Part shown: in pieces, positions 38,142 to 48,355 of the stretch
Layout: each line of letters begins with the position of its first letter
Position numbering within the stretch: position 1 is the stretch's first letter
NCBI GenBank assembly: GCA_963827235.1
Contig: CAWHAE010000009.1
Span: 608,001 to 672,000 of the forward strand
DNA length: 64,000 nt
Direction of reading: 5' to 3'
Source of the DNA: an uncultured bacterium
GTDB lineage: Bacteria > Chloroflexota > UBA5177 > JANWHV01
The notes under the pieces: model-generated
Database searches by the model: none
What the model was told of the DNA's origin: nothing
What the model saw: the letters and a program-made list of their open reading frames with translations, nothing else
Made by a program: the position numbers and the translations under genes

Positions 38142-38756
38142 CTACTTCCAGATAGTCGCGATTGAGATGGCGAAGATAGCGACCGGCCGGTAGTTCTTGT
38201 CGACCTTCACCACCGTCGCGTACTTGACGGCACCCATCGCCTGGGGATCGCCGATCACTTCGGACTTGTCCGCGCATCCGTAGTTGATGCGCTGGTTGGC
38301 TACTGCGCCGGTTGCTCCGGTCAGGAAGCCGCAGATGGTGCCGTTGCCGAGCTTGAGCATCCAGGCCTGTGAATTGTGCGCCGGTCCGTGCGTGGGCAGC
38401 GGCGCCGGCAAGACGACCACGAAGCCCGTGGGATGGGTCGGATCGGCATCACAAATCACCGTGCTGGCGTGCGGCACCAGGCTGAAGCACGGGTCGTAGA
38501 TCTCGTTGCCGACCATGCAGCGCCAGGCATCGGACCGATCGAGAGCCATCGATTCTCCCATGTCGCACGCTCCCCGGCGCGTCGCTCCGGTCGTACCGGC
38601 GGGATGAAACACCACGACCTTGGTTGCCGGCACGGCGCCGAGGGCTCCACCGGCGGCGTGGGCCGGCGTCCGGGGCACCAGGGAAAGGCCGCTGCACGTC
38701 ACAACCAGGGCGAGCAACATACCGGTGAGCTTCCACGGCCATCGAGCAGACACCAT
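38142..38756 (-). CDS. Secreted Cys-rich hypothetical protein
   Basis: AGGAGAGGAG RBS; signal peptide ending AHA; AWRCMVG...DPCF and six Cys in the mature region. Confidence 0.7.
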   Translation of the reverse strand: MVSARWPWKLTGMLLALVVTCSGLSLVPRTPAHAAGGALGAVPATKVVVFHPAGTTGATRRGACDMGESMALDRSDAWRCMVGNEIYDPCFSLVPHASTVICDADPTHPTGFVVVLPAPLPTHGPAHNSQAWMLKLGNGTICGFLTGATGAVANQRINYGCADKSEVIGDPQAMGAVKYATVVKVDKNYRPVAIFAISIATIWK

Positions 38757-38809
38757 GGGACGTTCTCCTCTCCTGTCACCCGCGCGTGCCATACGGGACG
38801 CCAGATTGC

Positions 38810-38828
38810 TATACTCCCGACAAGTATA
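38810..38828. promoter_or_regulatory. Putative CsoR operator in divergent promoter
   Basis: TATAC-TCCCGACAA-GTATA inverted repeat immediately upstream of csoR. Confidence 0.5.
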
Positions 38829-38852
38829 CGGCATAGATGGGGGGACCGAGAC

Positions 38853-39140
38853 GTGGCTAAACATGCTCCGATCGGCTACGCGCGCGACAAGCAGGATCTC
38901 CTGCGTCGTCTGCACAAGATTGAGGGCCAGGTGCGCGGCCTGCAGCGCATGGTTGAAGAGGATCGCTACTGCCTGGATATCGTTCAGCAGATAAGCGCCC
39001 TGTCCGCCGCCGCGCGCAAGGTCGCCCTGATCGTGATCGAAGACCACCTGCACGGATGTGTCGCCACGGCCGTCAAACGGGGAGAGGACGACACGGTACA
39101 AGAGATGGTAACCGTGCTGGAGAAAGCCTTGCACCCGTAA
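38853..39140 (+). CDS. csoR: CsoR/RcnR-family metal-sensing repressor
   Basis: RLHKIEGQVRGLQRMVEEDRYC.D...Q, DHLHGCV; GTG start. Confidence 0.88.
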   Translation: MAKHAPIGYARDKQDLLRRLHKIEGQVRGLQRMVEEDRYCLDIVQQISALSAAARKVALIVIEDHLHGCVATAVKRGEDDTVQEMVTVLEKALHP

Positions 39141-39310
39141 TACCGCGATGCATGGCAGCGGGCAGAGACGCAGATGGCGCCGCCTTTCTTCATCTGCGCC
39201 ACCTGCCTCTCTGGCATCCCTGGGTCCTCGCTGGCGGGAAACAGTCTGTGGTGTGGTAGGATTAGTACTGCATTCCGGCATCCTCTCCTGTGAATAGGCG
39301 AAGCCACATC

Positions 39311-41431
39311 ATGGCAACCACGCGGCCGCGGCAGAAGGTCATCGTCGTCAAGAAGACGTCGCGCGAGCGACAAGGCCGCACCCCCTGGGCCGCCTTCCTC
39401 TTCCTGGGCTTGGTCGTGGTGGTGAGCGTGTTTCTCCTTCATTGGGAAACCGGTATGGACGGGACGATATACCCCGGCGTCAAGGTAGGAGGGCTGGACC
39501 TGGGCGGCAAGTCGACCAGTGCCGCGCGCCAACAGCTCCAGCAGATGTCCGGCCGCATTGCTTCGCGGACGATCACGATCTCTGCCGCCGGGCAGAGCTG
39601 GACGGCCACGCCGAAGCAGTTAGGCATGCAGTTCAACGTCGACGATCTCGTGCGCCGAGCGTACGCATTGGGGCGTGAAGACAGCATCCTCGATCGCCTG
39701 GGCACGCAGGTGCAGCTGGCAGTGCTGGGACGGTCGATATCGCTGGCCGGCAGCTACGATGGCGGCCAGCTGAACGGCTTTGTCGCTCAGCTGGCGGTCG
39801 ACCTGTACCAGCCGGCACAGCCCGCGGTCGTAAGCCTGCAAGATGCCCGCGCCGTGATCAGCAACCAGGCGGCACCCGGCCGTAAGCTCGATCGGCAAGC
39901 GGCCTCGTCTCTTCTGGCGAGCGCGCTCTCCAGCACGGGGCAAACGAGCGTTCAGCTGCCAGTGGAGACCATTCCTCCTCCTGTGAGCGAGGCCGCGGCA
40001 CAGCACGAGGTGGCTGCCCTGCAGTCCATTCTTGGCGCCAAGCTGCGCCTGCACTTCGCCGGCAGGCAATGGCTGCTCAGCGCCTCCTCGATCGCGCAGT
40101 CTATCTCGTTGACCACGGTCATCGCTTCTGGAGGCGCTGCCACGTATCAGCACAGCGTGGACCAATCGGGCCTTACGCGATTCGTGAACGATCTGGCGGA
40201 CGAGATCGACCGGCCAACGAAGTCCGCGACGGTCACCGTCCACGACGCGCGCATCACGGTGGTGCCGGCGCAGTCGGGCTATCACATCGACCGGTACGCC
40301 ACCAAACAACTGCTGGCGCAGGCGATTCTTGCCGGCGGAACCCAGGACATCAACGTGCCGGGCGCCGTGACCGATCCGGCCACACCCACGCAGGCGGCGC
40401 AGATCGCCGCCACGCGCGCGGCGGAGCTGATCCGCAGACCGCTCGCGCTGACCTATCAGTCTCATTCCTGGCTGCTCGGCCCTTCCCAGTTGGGCGACAT
40501 TCTAACCTTCGTGCCCCGTACCGATCCCCTGAACGGGCCGGTGCTGGACGTGCAGGTTGACCAAACGCGGCTGGCGCAGGTACTGCGGCCCGCCGTTGCC
40601 GCCCTCGAGAAGCCGGCCGCGGACGCCCATTTTGTCGTCAGGGGAGACCGTGTCCTTCTCTCACCCTCCATTCCCGGGCGACGAGTCGATCTCGCTGCCC
40701 TGGCACCGGCTATCGAGGGACGCGGCCGTATCATGCAGCTGCCCCTGCCGCTGCAGAGCTACGAGCCGGCGCTGACCACCGCGAAGGCCCAAGCGATGGG
40801 CATTCACGAGATGATCATCTCGCATGCCACGGAATTCGCGGGCTCGAGCAGCGCCCGCCTGACCAACATCGACGCTGCCGTGCGGCACCTTGACGGTCAG
40901 CTCATCGCGCCGGGCGAGACATATTCCTTCAACCAGAGCATCGGCGATATCACGGCCGCGGGCGGCTATGTCGAGGGTATCGACATCATCGACAACCAGG
41001 ATGTGCCGGGGATCGGCGGGGGTGTGTGCCAGGTAGCGGTCACGCTCTTTCAGGCTGCCATATACGCGGGCATGCCGATCATGGAACGCACTCCCCATGC
41101 CAACGTGGTGTCGTATTACAACCCGATCGGCATGGATGCCACGGTCTACGTGTCGTCGAACGGCCCCGACGTGAAATTCCAGAACAATACCGGCCACTGG
41201 GTGCTGATCAGCTTTGTGGAGGACCTGGCGCATGCCAAGCTCACCGTACGCTTTTTCGGCACCAATCCCCATTTCCGAGTGGTAGTGCGCGGCCCAATCG
41301 TCACCGACCTGCCCAACGGCGACGTCAACGCGGTATTTTATCGGACCGTCTACGATGCGCACGGCCAGGTGCTGCTGGATCACGCCTTCTCCAGCCACTA
41401 CGTTCCGGTCGGCGCGTCCCCGAATAGCTAA
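39311..41431 (+). CDS. VanW-family protein with repeated PG-binding (YoaR-like) domains
   Basis: N-terminal TM, IYPGVKVGG.DLGG, R..NI..A...LDG..I.PGE.YSFN, GGGVCQV. Confidence 0.88.
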   Translation: MATTRPRQKVIVVKKTSRERQGRTPWAAFLFLGLVVVVSVFLLHWETGMDGTIYPGVKVGGLDLGGKSTSAARQQLQQMSGRIASRTITISAAGQSWTATPKQLGMQFNVDDLVRRAYALGREDSILDRLGTQVQLAVLGRSISLAGSYDGGQLNGFVAQLAVDLYQPAQPAVVSLQDARAVISNQAAPGRKLDRQAASSLLASALSSTGQTSVQLPVETIPPPVSEAAAQHEVAALQSILGAKLRLHFAGRQWLLSASSIAQSISLTTVIASGGAATYQHSVDQSGLTRFVNDLADEIDRPTKSATVTVHDARITVVPAQSGYHIDRYATKQLLAQAILAGGTQDINVPGAVTDPATPTQAAQIAATRAAELIRRPLALTYQSHSWLLGPSQLGDILTFVPRTDPLNGPVLDVQVDQTRLAQVLRPAVAALEKPAADAHFVVRGDRVLLSPSIPGRRVDLAALAPAIEGRGRIMQLPLPLQSYEPALTTAKAQAMGIHEMIISHATEFAGSSSARLTNIDAAVRHLDGQLIAPGETYSFNQSIGDITAAGGYVEGIDIIDNQDVPGIGGGVCQVAVTLFQAAIYAGMPIMERTPHANVVSYYNPIGMDATVYVSSNGPDVKFQNNTGHWVLISFVEDLAHAKLTVRFFGTNPHFRVVVRGPIVTDLPNGDVNAVFYRTVYDAHGQVLLDHAFSSHYVPVGASPNS

Positions 41432-41529
41432 CGGGCCTTCCCCGCCTGCCTGGAAAGACACGCCGATGTCGGATTGTCTGTGCACAACCGTGCGTCTGGC
41501 CCACTCGTGCGCCGCCGTCTTCGCGGTGT

Positions 41530-42039
41530 CTAGCTTTCGCTCCACCCAAACTCCGGCGTCTGTTTGATCAGCGCCACGAGCAGTGGTGGGGTAGACGTCG
41601 GCCGGTTCGTGCGCGCGTCGAGGAAGGCAAACACATTCTCGCCGCGCGCCACGAGGTCATTCGAATCGGCCAGGCGAACATCGTAGGTAAAGGTGATCTT
41701 CACCCGTGTGATTTCCGGCACGGTGACCGCGATCGAGAGCAGCGCATCCATGCGGGCAGGCCGCTTATAGTCGCAGGCGACGCGGACGATGGTCATCACA
41801 CGGCCCTCACCCTCCGTACAGCTCTCGTAGGTGTAGCCGAGTGCGCGGAAGATCTCCGTGCGGGCCTCCTCGAACAGATCGAAGTACGTGCCGTGGTACA
41901 CGGCACCGAGCAAGTCCGTGTGATGCATGCGCACGCGGATCTGCCGCACATTTCGCGGAAGATCCGTGTACTGCGCGGCCGCGTCGACTACCCAGCCGCG
42001 GTGAGCAGCCGGCATCCCGGCCGCCGGCGTATTGTCCAT
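41530..42039 (-). CDS. YbgC-like acyl-CoA thioesterase
   Basis: RVRMHHTDLLGAVYHGTY...FEEARTE, DYKRPAR.D. Confidence 0.85.
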   Translation of the reverse strand: MDNTPAAGMPAAHRGWVVDAAAQYTDLPRNVRQIRVRMHHTDLLGAVYHGTYFDLFEEARTEIFRALGYTYESCTEGEGRVMTIVRVACDYKRPARMDALLSIAVTVPEITRVKITFTYDVRLADSNDLVARGENVFAFLDARTNRPTSTPPLLVALIKQTPEFGWSES

Positions 42040-42509
42040 AGTGTGCTAACCCACGGCATCTATTGCCGTATAGGCGGCCAAGGACACATGCGCGCGCCGC
42101 CGATGCATGTCACACTCTGGTCCAGACGGTGGAGCCGGCGGCACGGATGCGAGCTTCTCCCCTTCATGATAAGGCCGCCGGCCCTCTTCACGTGCAAGTA
42201 CAAACCGGACGGGCCGGCATCATCCCGTCAACGCCGCCGACGGGTTCCACTGGCGGCCCTGAAGTCATATGTCACACGGCAGTGCAACGCATGCACGAAA
42301 CGTAGGTTAGGGGTAGCACAAGGCTGCCCGGGTTACGGTCCGGCTGGAGTGACAACGCGATTGGCTGGCGCCGGTGCTTCGTCTCTACCTCGCATGAGCC
42401 TCGGGCTTCATGCGCACTCTGCGATATCTGTGCCGCATGGGACTGCCGCGCATCCGGTATCTTAGGAGAGTGCCGGGATGACCGCATATGGCAGATGAGG
42501 AGAATCGCG

Positions 42510-43040
42510 ATGACGCGCGATGCAGAAGCGGGCCTGCGAGCCAAGATCCGTGATGTGCCCGACTTTCCCATTCCAGGCGTTCTATTCAGGGATATCACGC
42601 CGGTGCTGCAGGACGCTACCGCCTTTCACGATTCCATTGACCTGATCGGCGATCTCTACGATCCGGCCAGCTACGACGTAATCGTGGGCATGGAATCGCG
42701 CGGATTCGTCTTCGGCGCTACGGTCGCGTACAAGTTTCAGCGCGGGTTCGTGCCTATCCGCAAGTTGGGTAAGCTACCCGCGGAGAAGATCTCCGTGGAA
42801 TACGCGCTGGAGTATGGATCCAACACCCTCGAGATGCATCGGGACGGCATCCAACCGGGACAGCGCACCCTGATCATCGACGACCTGCTCGCCACCGGCG
42901 GTACCTGCCGCGCCTCGATCGACCTCGTGCAGCGCGTGGGCGGCATCGTCGTGGGGACGGCGTTTCTCGTGGAGCTCGACTTTCTCAAGGGACGGGAGCG
43001 GCTTGGCAACTACGAGGTGCGGAGCGTTCTCCGGTTTTGA
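42510..43040 (+). CDS. apt: Adenine phosphoribosyltransferase
   Basis: PDFP.PGVLFRDI, ESRGF, RK.GKLP, LEYG, DDLLATGGT. Confidence 0.95.
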   Translation: MTRDAEAGLRAKIRDVPDFPIPGVLFRDITPVLQDATAFHDSIDLIGDLYDPASYDVIVGMESRGFVFGATVAYKFQRGFVPIRKLGKLPAEKISVEYALEYGSNTLEMHRDGIQPGQRTLIIDDLLATGGTCRASIDLVQRVGGIVVGTAFLVELDFLKGRERLGNYEVRSVLRF

Positions 43041-43141
43041 CGGCGATCGTGCACGTCATCGCTTGACGTGTCGACGCACGAATACCACCGGTCGGGTGCT
43101 AGGATATCCGCGCGGGCGATCGGGGGGCAAGCGCGGCGCGG

Positions 43142-43363
43142 CTAGCGAACCCGCCAGGTAATGCGCCCACGCGTGAGGTCGTAGGGAGAGAGTTCGACGC
43201 GCACAATGTCGCCCAGCACTACGCGCACGTAGCGCTGGCGCATCTTGCCGGCTAGATGGGCCAATACCTTGTGCCCATTCTCCAGCTCAACCATGAAATT
43301 CGTGTTCGGCAAGGCCTCAATGACCGTGCCTTCCAGCTCGAGAACGTTGTCCTTCTTCTTCAA
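43142..43363 (-). CDS. infA: Translation initiation factor IF-1
   Basis: [22 protein letters not shown]...[13 protein letters not shown]; TTG start after AAGGAGG. Confidence 0.96.
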   Translation of the reverse strand: MKKKDNVLELEGTVIEALPNTNFMVELENGHKVLAHLAGKMRQRYVRVVLGDIVRVELSPYDLTRGRITWRVR

Positions 43364-43557
43364 GCAATAGCCTCCTTGTTACGGCGCGAACAGAGTAGAG
43401 CCAGTACAGCACATACGATTATACCGTTCTGTGGGCACGGCCAACCGAGTGGCAAAACGCCAGGGGCGTGGGCGCTCTTCGTCACGAGACACGGCATGGG
43501 CTCGGTGTACGCCGCGCTTCTCATAGCACGGCGAGTGATGAGTGCGACTTGCGCGTC

Positions 43558-44520
43558 TCAGGTGATTGGCTGCCTCTCCACCAACGCTATGAGTAGCGCT
43601 GGATCGATGTTCCCGCCGCTCACCACGGCGACGGTACGGCCCCGAGCGGCGCCGGCCAGGGCCGCTGCAGTGGCAACCGCACCGGAGGGCTCGACCACGA
43701 GATGCGCCGAGAGCAGCAGTCTCCGCGTGGTGTCCAGGATGGCGCTGTCCGGCACGGCGACGATGTCGTCCACGAAGCGCTGGATGGCGGCGAAAGGCAG
43801 CTCGCCTACGCGGCGCGCGCGCAGCCCGTCGGCAATCGTCTCCACGTGATCAAGCTCGACGATGTGGCCGCTGCGCAAGGACGCACCGGCATCCGCCGCG
43901 CCTTCGGGCTCAGCGCCGACCACGCGCACTGACGGGCGGCTCAGCTTGACGGCTTGGGAGACGCCGGCGAGCAGTCCGCCGCCGCCGACCGGTACGACGA
44001 CGGTCTCGACATCCGGCACCTGCTCGAGAATCTCGAGGCCGATCGTCCCCTGGCCGGCAATGATGGCCTGGTGATTGTACGGCGGCACCAGCGTGGCGCC
44101 ACGCTCCTCTGCCAGGTTCTCGGCTACGCGGCGCCGGGATTCCGAGTCCGTTCCCGCGAAAATCACTTCAGCGCCGAACCGCCGCGTGGCTTCCAGCTTC
44201 GTCAGGACGGCGTCCTCCGGCATCACGATCGTCGCGTGCACCCCGAGCATGGCCGCGGCGCATGCCACGCCCTGGGCATGGTTGCCCGAGGAATAGGCAA
44301 TCACGCCGTGCGTGAGCTGATCGGGACGCAGAGCGGCGATCAAGTTGTAGGCGCCGCGTATCTTGAAGGAGCCCGTACGCTGTAGATTCTCGCACTTCAA
44401 CAGCACACTCGCGTACGGACCACTTGCGTCCTGCAATGGCAGCGCCGGCGTAAACAAGGCGGCCGGGGCGATACGGGCGCGGGCCTGTCCGATGTCGGCC
44501 TGGCTGAGAAAGTCTGGCAT
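43558..44520 (-). CDS. PLP-dependent threonine/serine dehydratase (short form, no ACT domain)
   Basis: KCENLQRTGSFKIRGA, SSGNHAQG, GQGT, GGGGL, EPSGA, SGGN. Confidence 0.92.
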   Translation of the reverse strand: MPDFLSQADIGQARARIAPAALFTPALPLQDASGPYASVLLKCENLQRTGSFKIRGAYNLIAALRPDQLTHGVIAYSSGNHAQGVACAAAMLGVHATIVMPEDAVLTKLEATRRFGAEVIFAGTDSESRRRVAENLAEERGATLVPPYNHQAIIAGQGTIGLEILEQVPDVETVVVPVGGGGLLAGVSQAVKLSRPSVRVVGAEPEGAADAGASLRSGHIVELDHVETIADGLRARRVGELPFAAIQRFVDDIVAVPDSAILDTTRRLLLSAHLVVEPSGAVATAAALAGAARGRTVAVVSGGNIDPALLIALVERQPIT

Positions 44521-44716
44521 CGTTGCGCGATCCGATATCTTATCTGTGAATAGTCTCGCCTTCATCATATACTTCGCCAGTCTCACCGCACCAGGATAAG
44601 CACCTCGATTCGCCATCGCACTTCCTGCTTGGCCCTGGGCGACCAATGGGCACAGTTCTTAGTGCATCTGGTAGCGTCGCTGCTCGCCGTGCCGGTGACC
44701 TGGTCGGCCTTGTGCC

Positions 44717-44980
44717 ATGACGTCCGCCGGCAAACTGCCTGGGACCATCACTTCTTCGCCTACATTCCGGCCAAGGCGAGCAAAACGCAGCGCCTGCCCG
44801 CCCGGCGACTCCACGTGCCACGTGCCGCGCTGCTGGGTCGTGGTAGCGGCGCATTCCTGGTTCAATCGTTTCCGACACCTACCCATTCACTGGGAGAAGC
44901 GGGCCAACAACTATCCTGCTCGCGTCCAGCTGGCCGCGACTCTGATCGCTCACTGCTGCGTGGCAAGGTTCGGCATGCAC
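44717..44980 (+). pseudogene. IS5-family transposase C-terminal remnant
   Basis: PRCWVVVAAHSWFNRFRHLPIHWEKRANNY resembles RRWVVERxxSWxNRFRRLxxRWEK with catalytic E lost; boundaries approximate. Confidence 0.75.
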
Positions 44981-45062
44981 GATCACATACAGGATGGACT
45001 GCAATCGGCTGAAACTTGCGCGCGAGTAGGAGAAATGTCGGAGTGAGAACGAACCCGTCACG

Positions 45063-45071
45063 TGGTATAGT
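45063..45071 (+). promoter_or_regulatory. Extended -10 promoter element
   Basis: TGgTATAGT just upstream of the tandem repeats. Confidence 0.45.
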
Positions 45072-45080
45072 AAGCGCACT

Positions 45081-45245
45081 TTGAACGCACACGCTGGGCA
45101 AGCGACGCTCGACGCGGCCCTCCGTAGCGGTCTAGTTGAATGCACACGCTGGGCAAGCGACGCTCGACGCGGCCCTCCGCAGCGGTCTAGTTGAATGCAC
45201 ACGCTGGGCAAGCGACGCTCGATGCGGCCCTCCGTTGCGGTCTAG
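45081..45245 (+). repeat. Three tandem 55-bp direct repeats
   Basis: Units at 45081, 45136, 45191: TTGAAYGCACACGCTGGGCAAGCGACGCTCGAYGCGGCCCTCCGYWGCGGTCTAG. Confidence 0.95.
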
Positions 45246-45253
45246 GTGGCTGT

Positions 45254-48200
45254 ATGAGCACGACTGAGAGTGGGCCCAGGTCCGTCACGCCACTTTCCGC
45301 GGCTATTTCTTCGCCCGAGGCAGAGGATGGAGGAGTCGCCGTGCCTGGAGGTGGCTTGTCCGCGCACGTCGATCCTCGCGGTGGCCTGTCGACAGCAGCG
45401 GTCGTCAAGGCAATTTGGACATCGAGGGGAGCGTGGTTGGGCCTGGGGGCATGGCTTCTGGCGCTGTCTGCCACGGTATCGCTTTCGGACGAGACCACTT
45501 CTACCCGTGACGGCGTGCTGCTGGCGATCGCGGCAGGATTGGCGGTGCTGGCATGGGGCGCCGGTGCGAAGCGAACAATGATTGGGCCAACCTATTCGCC
45601 GGCTCAGACATGTCGATGGGACCGTAATCTCTGGCTGCGACTGGTCGTCGGCCTGATCGCTGCTGGTGTGCTGATTCTGAGCGCAGACACATGGTACCTT
45701 GAGCACCCTGGTGAGACCTTCGGGGTTGCCGGCGTGTTGTGGCTGCTGGGAATAGGGGTGCTTGTAGGTGTCGCTGCCACCTGGCCTCATGGCTCGACCA
45801 GCAAGAACGAGGGGACAGCAAGCGCGGAGGCGGCACCATTCTGCAGAGCCGAGATCCTCGCGTTCATCGGGCTGGTAGTGCTGGCTACGGTACTCCGCGT
45901 CTGGGCGCTAGCAGACTTCCCGCGAGCGATTCATAGCGACGAAGTGATGACCAAAGCGGTCGCTATGGGCGCCTTTGGAAGTGGCCATTCCGTCTCTGTT
46001 TTCCAGACAGTCTGGTCCCTAGTCGATTTGCCTGCCTTGTGGTTCGCAGGGGTAGCAGCATCGCTGCATATGTTCGGCAACACCCTGGAAGGCCTTCGTT
46101 TGCCAGCGGCGATGTTTGGAGCGGCAACTGTAATACCGTTCTATGGGTTGGTGCGTGAGTTAAGCGGGCGAGCCACGGCGATAGCAGGCACCTTCATCTT
46201 GGCTGTAAGCGCCTCAAATCTGCAGTACAGCCGCGTCGGCGTCAATAACATCACTACATCGTTCTTCTGGGCAGCTTGCTTCTACTTTCTGGTGCGAGGG
46301 GTGCGGCGTCATCGTGCGCTAGACTGGGTGCTGGCCGGTGTGGTCGGCGGCTTGAGCGAATATGCCTTCTACGGTACGCGGCTACTCGGGTTCATTCTGT
46401 TGGCCTACGCAGCGTATCTGCTCATCGCCTATCGCAACCAGCTCTGGCAGACCCTGGGAAACCTGGCGTTGCTGCTAGCCGGCTATGTAGCAGGCTTCGG
46501 CCCGCTTCTTGCCTACTACATCAGTCACCCCGACGTATACTTCGCACGTGGCAGAAACGAGCTCATCTGGAACCACATTCCGACCAGCTGGCACGATGTC
46601 CAGCTTATGTGGACGACGCTTAGGCCACCTATCGTAGCCAATCTGCTGGCGTTTAGCACAACACGAGACAATGGGAGCTTCTACTGGGCAGCTTTGCTCC
46701 TGCCGGCGGAGGCGGCTCTGCTAGTCTTGGGCGCGGCCATGTTAATCCGTTGCTGGCAGCGCCCAGGTGCGTTCCTCCTGCTGCTGTCAGGATTTGGCAC
46801 GCTTCTTGTGGGCGGCACCTTGGTGGGCCCCGCCCCTTCTCTCCAGCTCTGGACACCAGCATTTCCTGCAATCTATGCAGCATTGGCCTTGCCCATAGGA
46901 GCGTGGCTTGAGAGCCTTTCCAGGTGGCAGATACGCTGGCCGCATAGGCTTGGTGTGCTAGCCGTAGTTGTCGGGCTCGGAGTTTCGGGCTGGTGCAATA
47001 TTGACTTCTACTTTAACCACTACTACATCGGTGACCCTGGATTCGAAGTGCGTTCGGATCAGAGCCACTGGGAAGCTGCACTGGGTCCAACCTATCGGGT
47101 TCGCACAGTCGGGGCGAGCTGGCAGAGCTACTCGCAGGAGTACACTCAGATGCTTATCACCGACCAGGACGGATCCGGCATTCTGAATCCAGCGGCCGAG
47201 TTGCCGTTGCCGTATTCCGCGGGTAAGGGCATCGGCTTCGCGTTCTTCGGTGATGAGGAGCAGTACATCCCTGAAGTCCGGGCCCTGTATCCGGGCGGCA
47301 GGTCCGGTGAGGTATATAGCCAAGGCGGCGACCCGCTATTCTCCACCTATGTCGTCACACCAGCGCAGGTTGAGCAGTTGGCAGGCGTAACGCTTGACCT
47401 AGTAGGCACGCAGCGCAATGTCTACCATTGGCAAGGGAGTGTCGATACGTTTGGCGACCTTCCGCCACACATACATGGCCCCATGGCAGCTACTTGGAGT
47501 AGCCTGCTCTATCTGCCGAGGCTCGCGGCTTATCAGATTTCCCTTGCAGGGCCCGCTACTCGCCTGCTGTTTGATGGACGGTCTGTGCAGGCTGTGAACG
47601 CCATATTGCCCCCGGGCTGGCACCGAGTCGTCGTCGAGGCAATGCTCCCGCTGCACAGCGCACTGCGTCTCCGGCTGTGCCAGGACTCGGGACCAGTCAC
47701 CGAGGTGAGCCGCACAATGCTCTGGCCGGTGGCGCCATATACCGGTGTGCTTGGCGCGGTACAAGGCACTATGCAGCCCCTAGTGGACCGCGTTGACCCC
47801 TTCATTGGCTTCACAATGGCCGACCAATGGCAAGACATGACCCAACCCGACATTGCGACACCGGCGCTGCTGGGGCCGTACTGGCAGGCCGCAATGCCGT
47901 TGCGGATTGGCTGGGCAGGCCAGTTGTGGATAGCATCGACGGGCGCGTACGGGTTCGCGCTGCGGACATCCGGCCAGGCGCGACTGCTTCTTGACGGTAA
48001 AGAAGCGCTAACAGGCTGCTCGGTCAGCGCCGCGGTGCAACCGACCATATCGCGGTATCTCACCCGGGGTTGGCACTCTCTCCAGTTGGCATTCGTCGGG
48101 ATGCCAAGCGGCAGTGTGATCGAGCTGTATTGGCAACCCCCGGGCGGCGATTTGAGCGTGATCCCTCCGACCGTCTTGCGCTACGCAACGCCTGATGGGA

Positions 48201-48274
48201 GACAGCTACAACCCGCAGCGCCGACGACCAAAGAGCTTTGCGCGTCGAAGGCCGGCGATCAGCCACAGAGCTAA
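45254..48274 (+). CDS. GT-C (PMT/ArnT-like) glycosyltransferase with C-terminal PA14-like domain(s)
   Basis: LR.W.L..FP..IHSDE, many TMs, YSR, FYGTR; C-terminal W.GQL.I...G.Y.F...LLLDG...LTRGWH.L...ELYWQPPG. Confidence 0.8.
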   Translation: MSTTESGPRSVTPLSAAISSPEAEDGGVAVPGGGLSAHVDPRGGLSTAAVVKAIWTSRGAWLGLGAWLLALSATVSLSDETTSTRDGVLLAIAAGLAVLAWGAGAKRTMIGPTYSPAQTCRWDRNLWLRLVVGLIAAGVLILSADTWYLEHPGETFGVAGVLWLLGIGVLVGVAATWPHGSTSKNEGTASAEAAPFCRAEILAFIGLVVLATVLRVWALADFPRAIHSDEVMTKAVAMGAFGSGHSVSVFQTVWSLVDLPALWFAGVAASLHMFGNTLEGLRLPAAMFGAATVIPFYGLVRELSGRATAIAGTFILAVSASNLQYSRVGVNNITTSFFWAACFYFLVRGVRRHRALDWVLAGVVGGLSEYAFYGTRLLGFILLAYAAYLLIAYRNQLWQTLGNLALLLAGYVAGFGPLLAYYISHPDVYFARGRNELIWNHIPTSWHDVQLMWTTLRPPIVANLLAFSTTRDNGSFYWAALLLPAEAALLVLGAAMLIRCWQRPGAFLLLLSGFGTLLVGGTLVGPAPSLQLWTPAFPAIYAALALPIGAWLESLSRWQIRWPHRLGVLAVVVGLGVSGWCNIDFYFNHYYIGDPGFEVRSDQSHWEAALGPTYRVRTVGASWQSYSQEYTQMLITDQDGSGILNPAAELPLPYSAGKGIGFAFFGDEEQYIPEVRALYPGGRSGEVYSQGGDPLFSTYVVTPAQVEQLAGVTLDLVGTQRNVYHWQGSVDTFGDLPPHIHGPMAATWSSLLYLPRLAAYQISLAGPATRLLFDGRSVQAVNAILPPGWHRVVVEAMLPLHSALRLRLCQDSGPVTEVSRTMLWPVAPYTGVLGAVQGTMQPLVDRVDPFIGFTMADQWQDMTQPDIATPALLGPYWQAAMPLRIGWAGQLWIASTGAYGFALRTSGQARLLLDGKEALTGCSVSAAVQPTISRYLTRGWHSLQLAFVGMPSGSVIELYWQPPGGDLSVIPPTVLRYATPDGRQLQPAAPTTKELCASKAGDQPQS

Positions 48275-48355
48275 TGCGATGCCGCGATCTTCGTAGCACG
48301 AAGAGCACCCACTATGCGACGCCGGTATGAAGAGGCAGAGCACGTGGGCGGTTCG

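Noticed and set aside
45081-45245. CRISPR array (units contain a GTTGAA motif reminiscent of repeat ends)
   Set aside because: No unique spacers, the units are identical along their length, and there are no cas genes in the window
45081-48274. Type III toxin-antitoxin locus
   Set aside because: The gene after the repeats is a large membrane glycosyltransferase, not a small ToxN/CptN/TenpN RNase, and no terminator separates them
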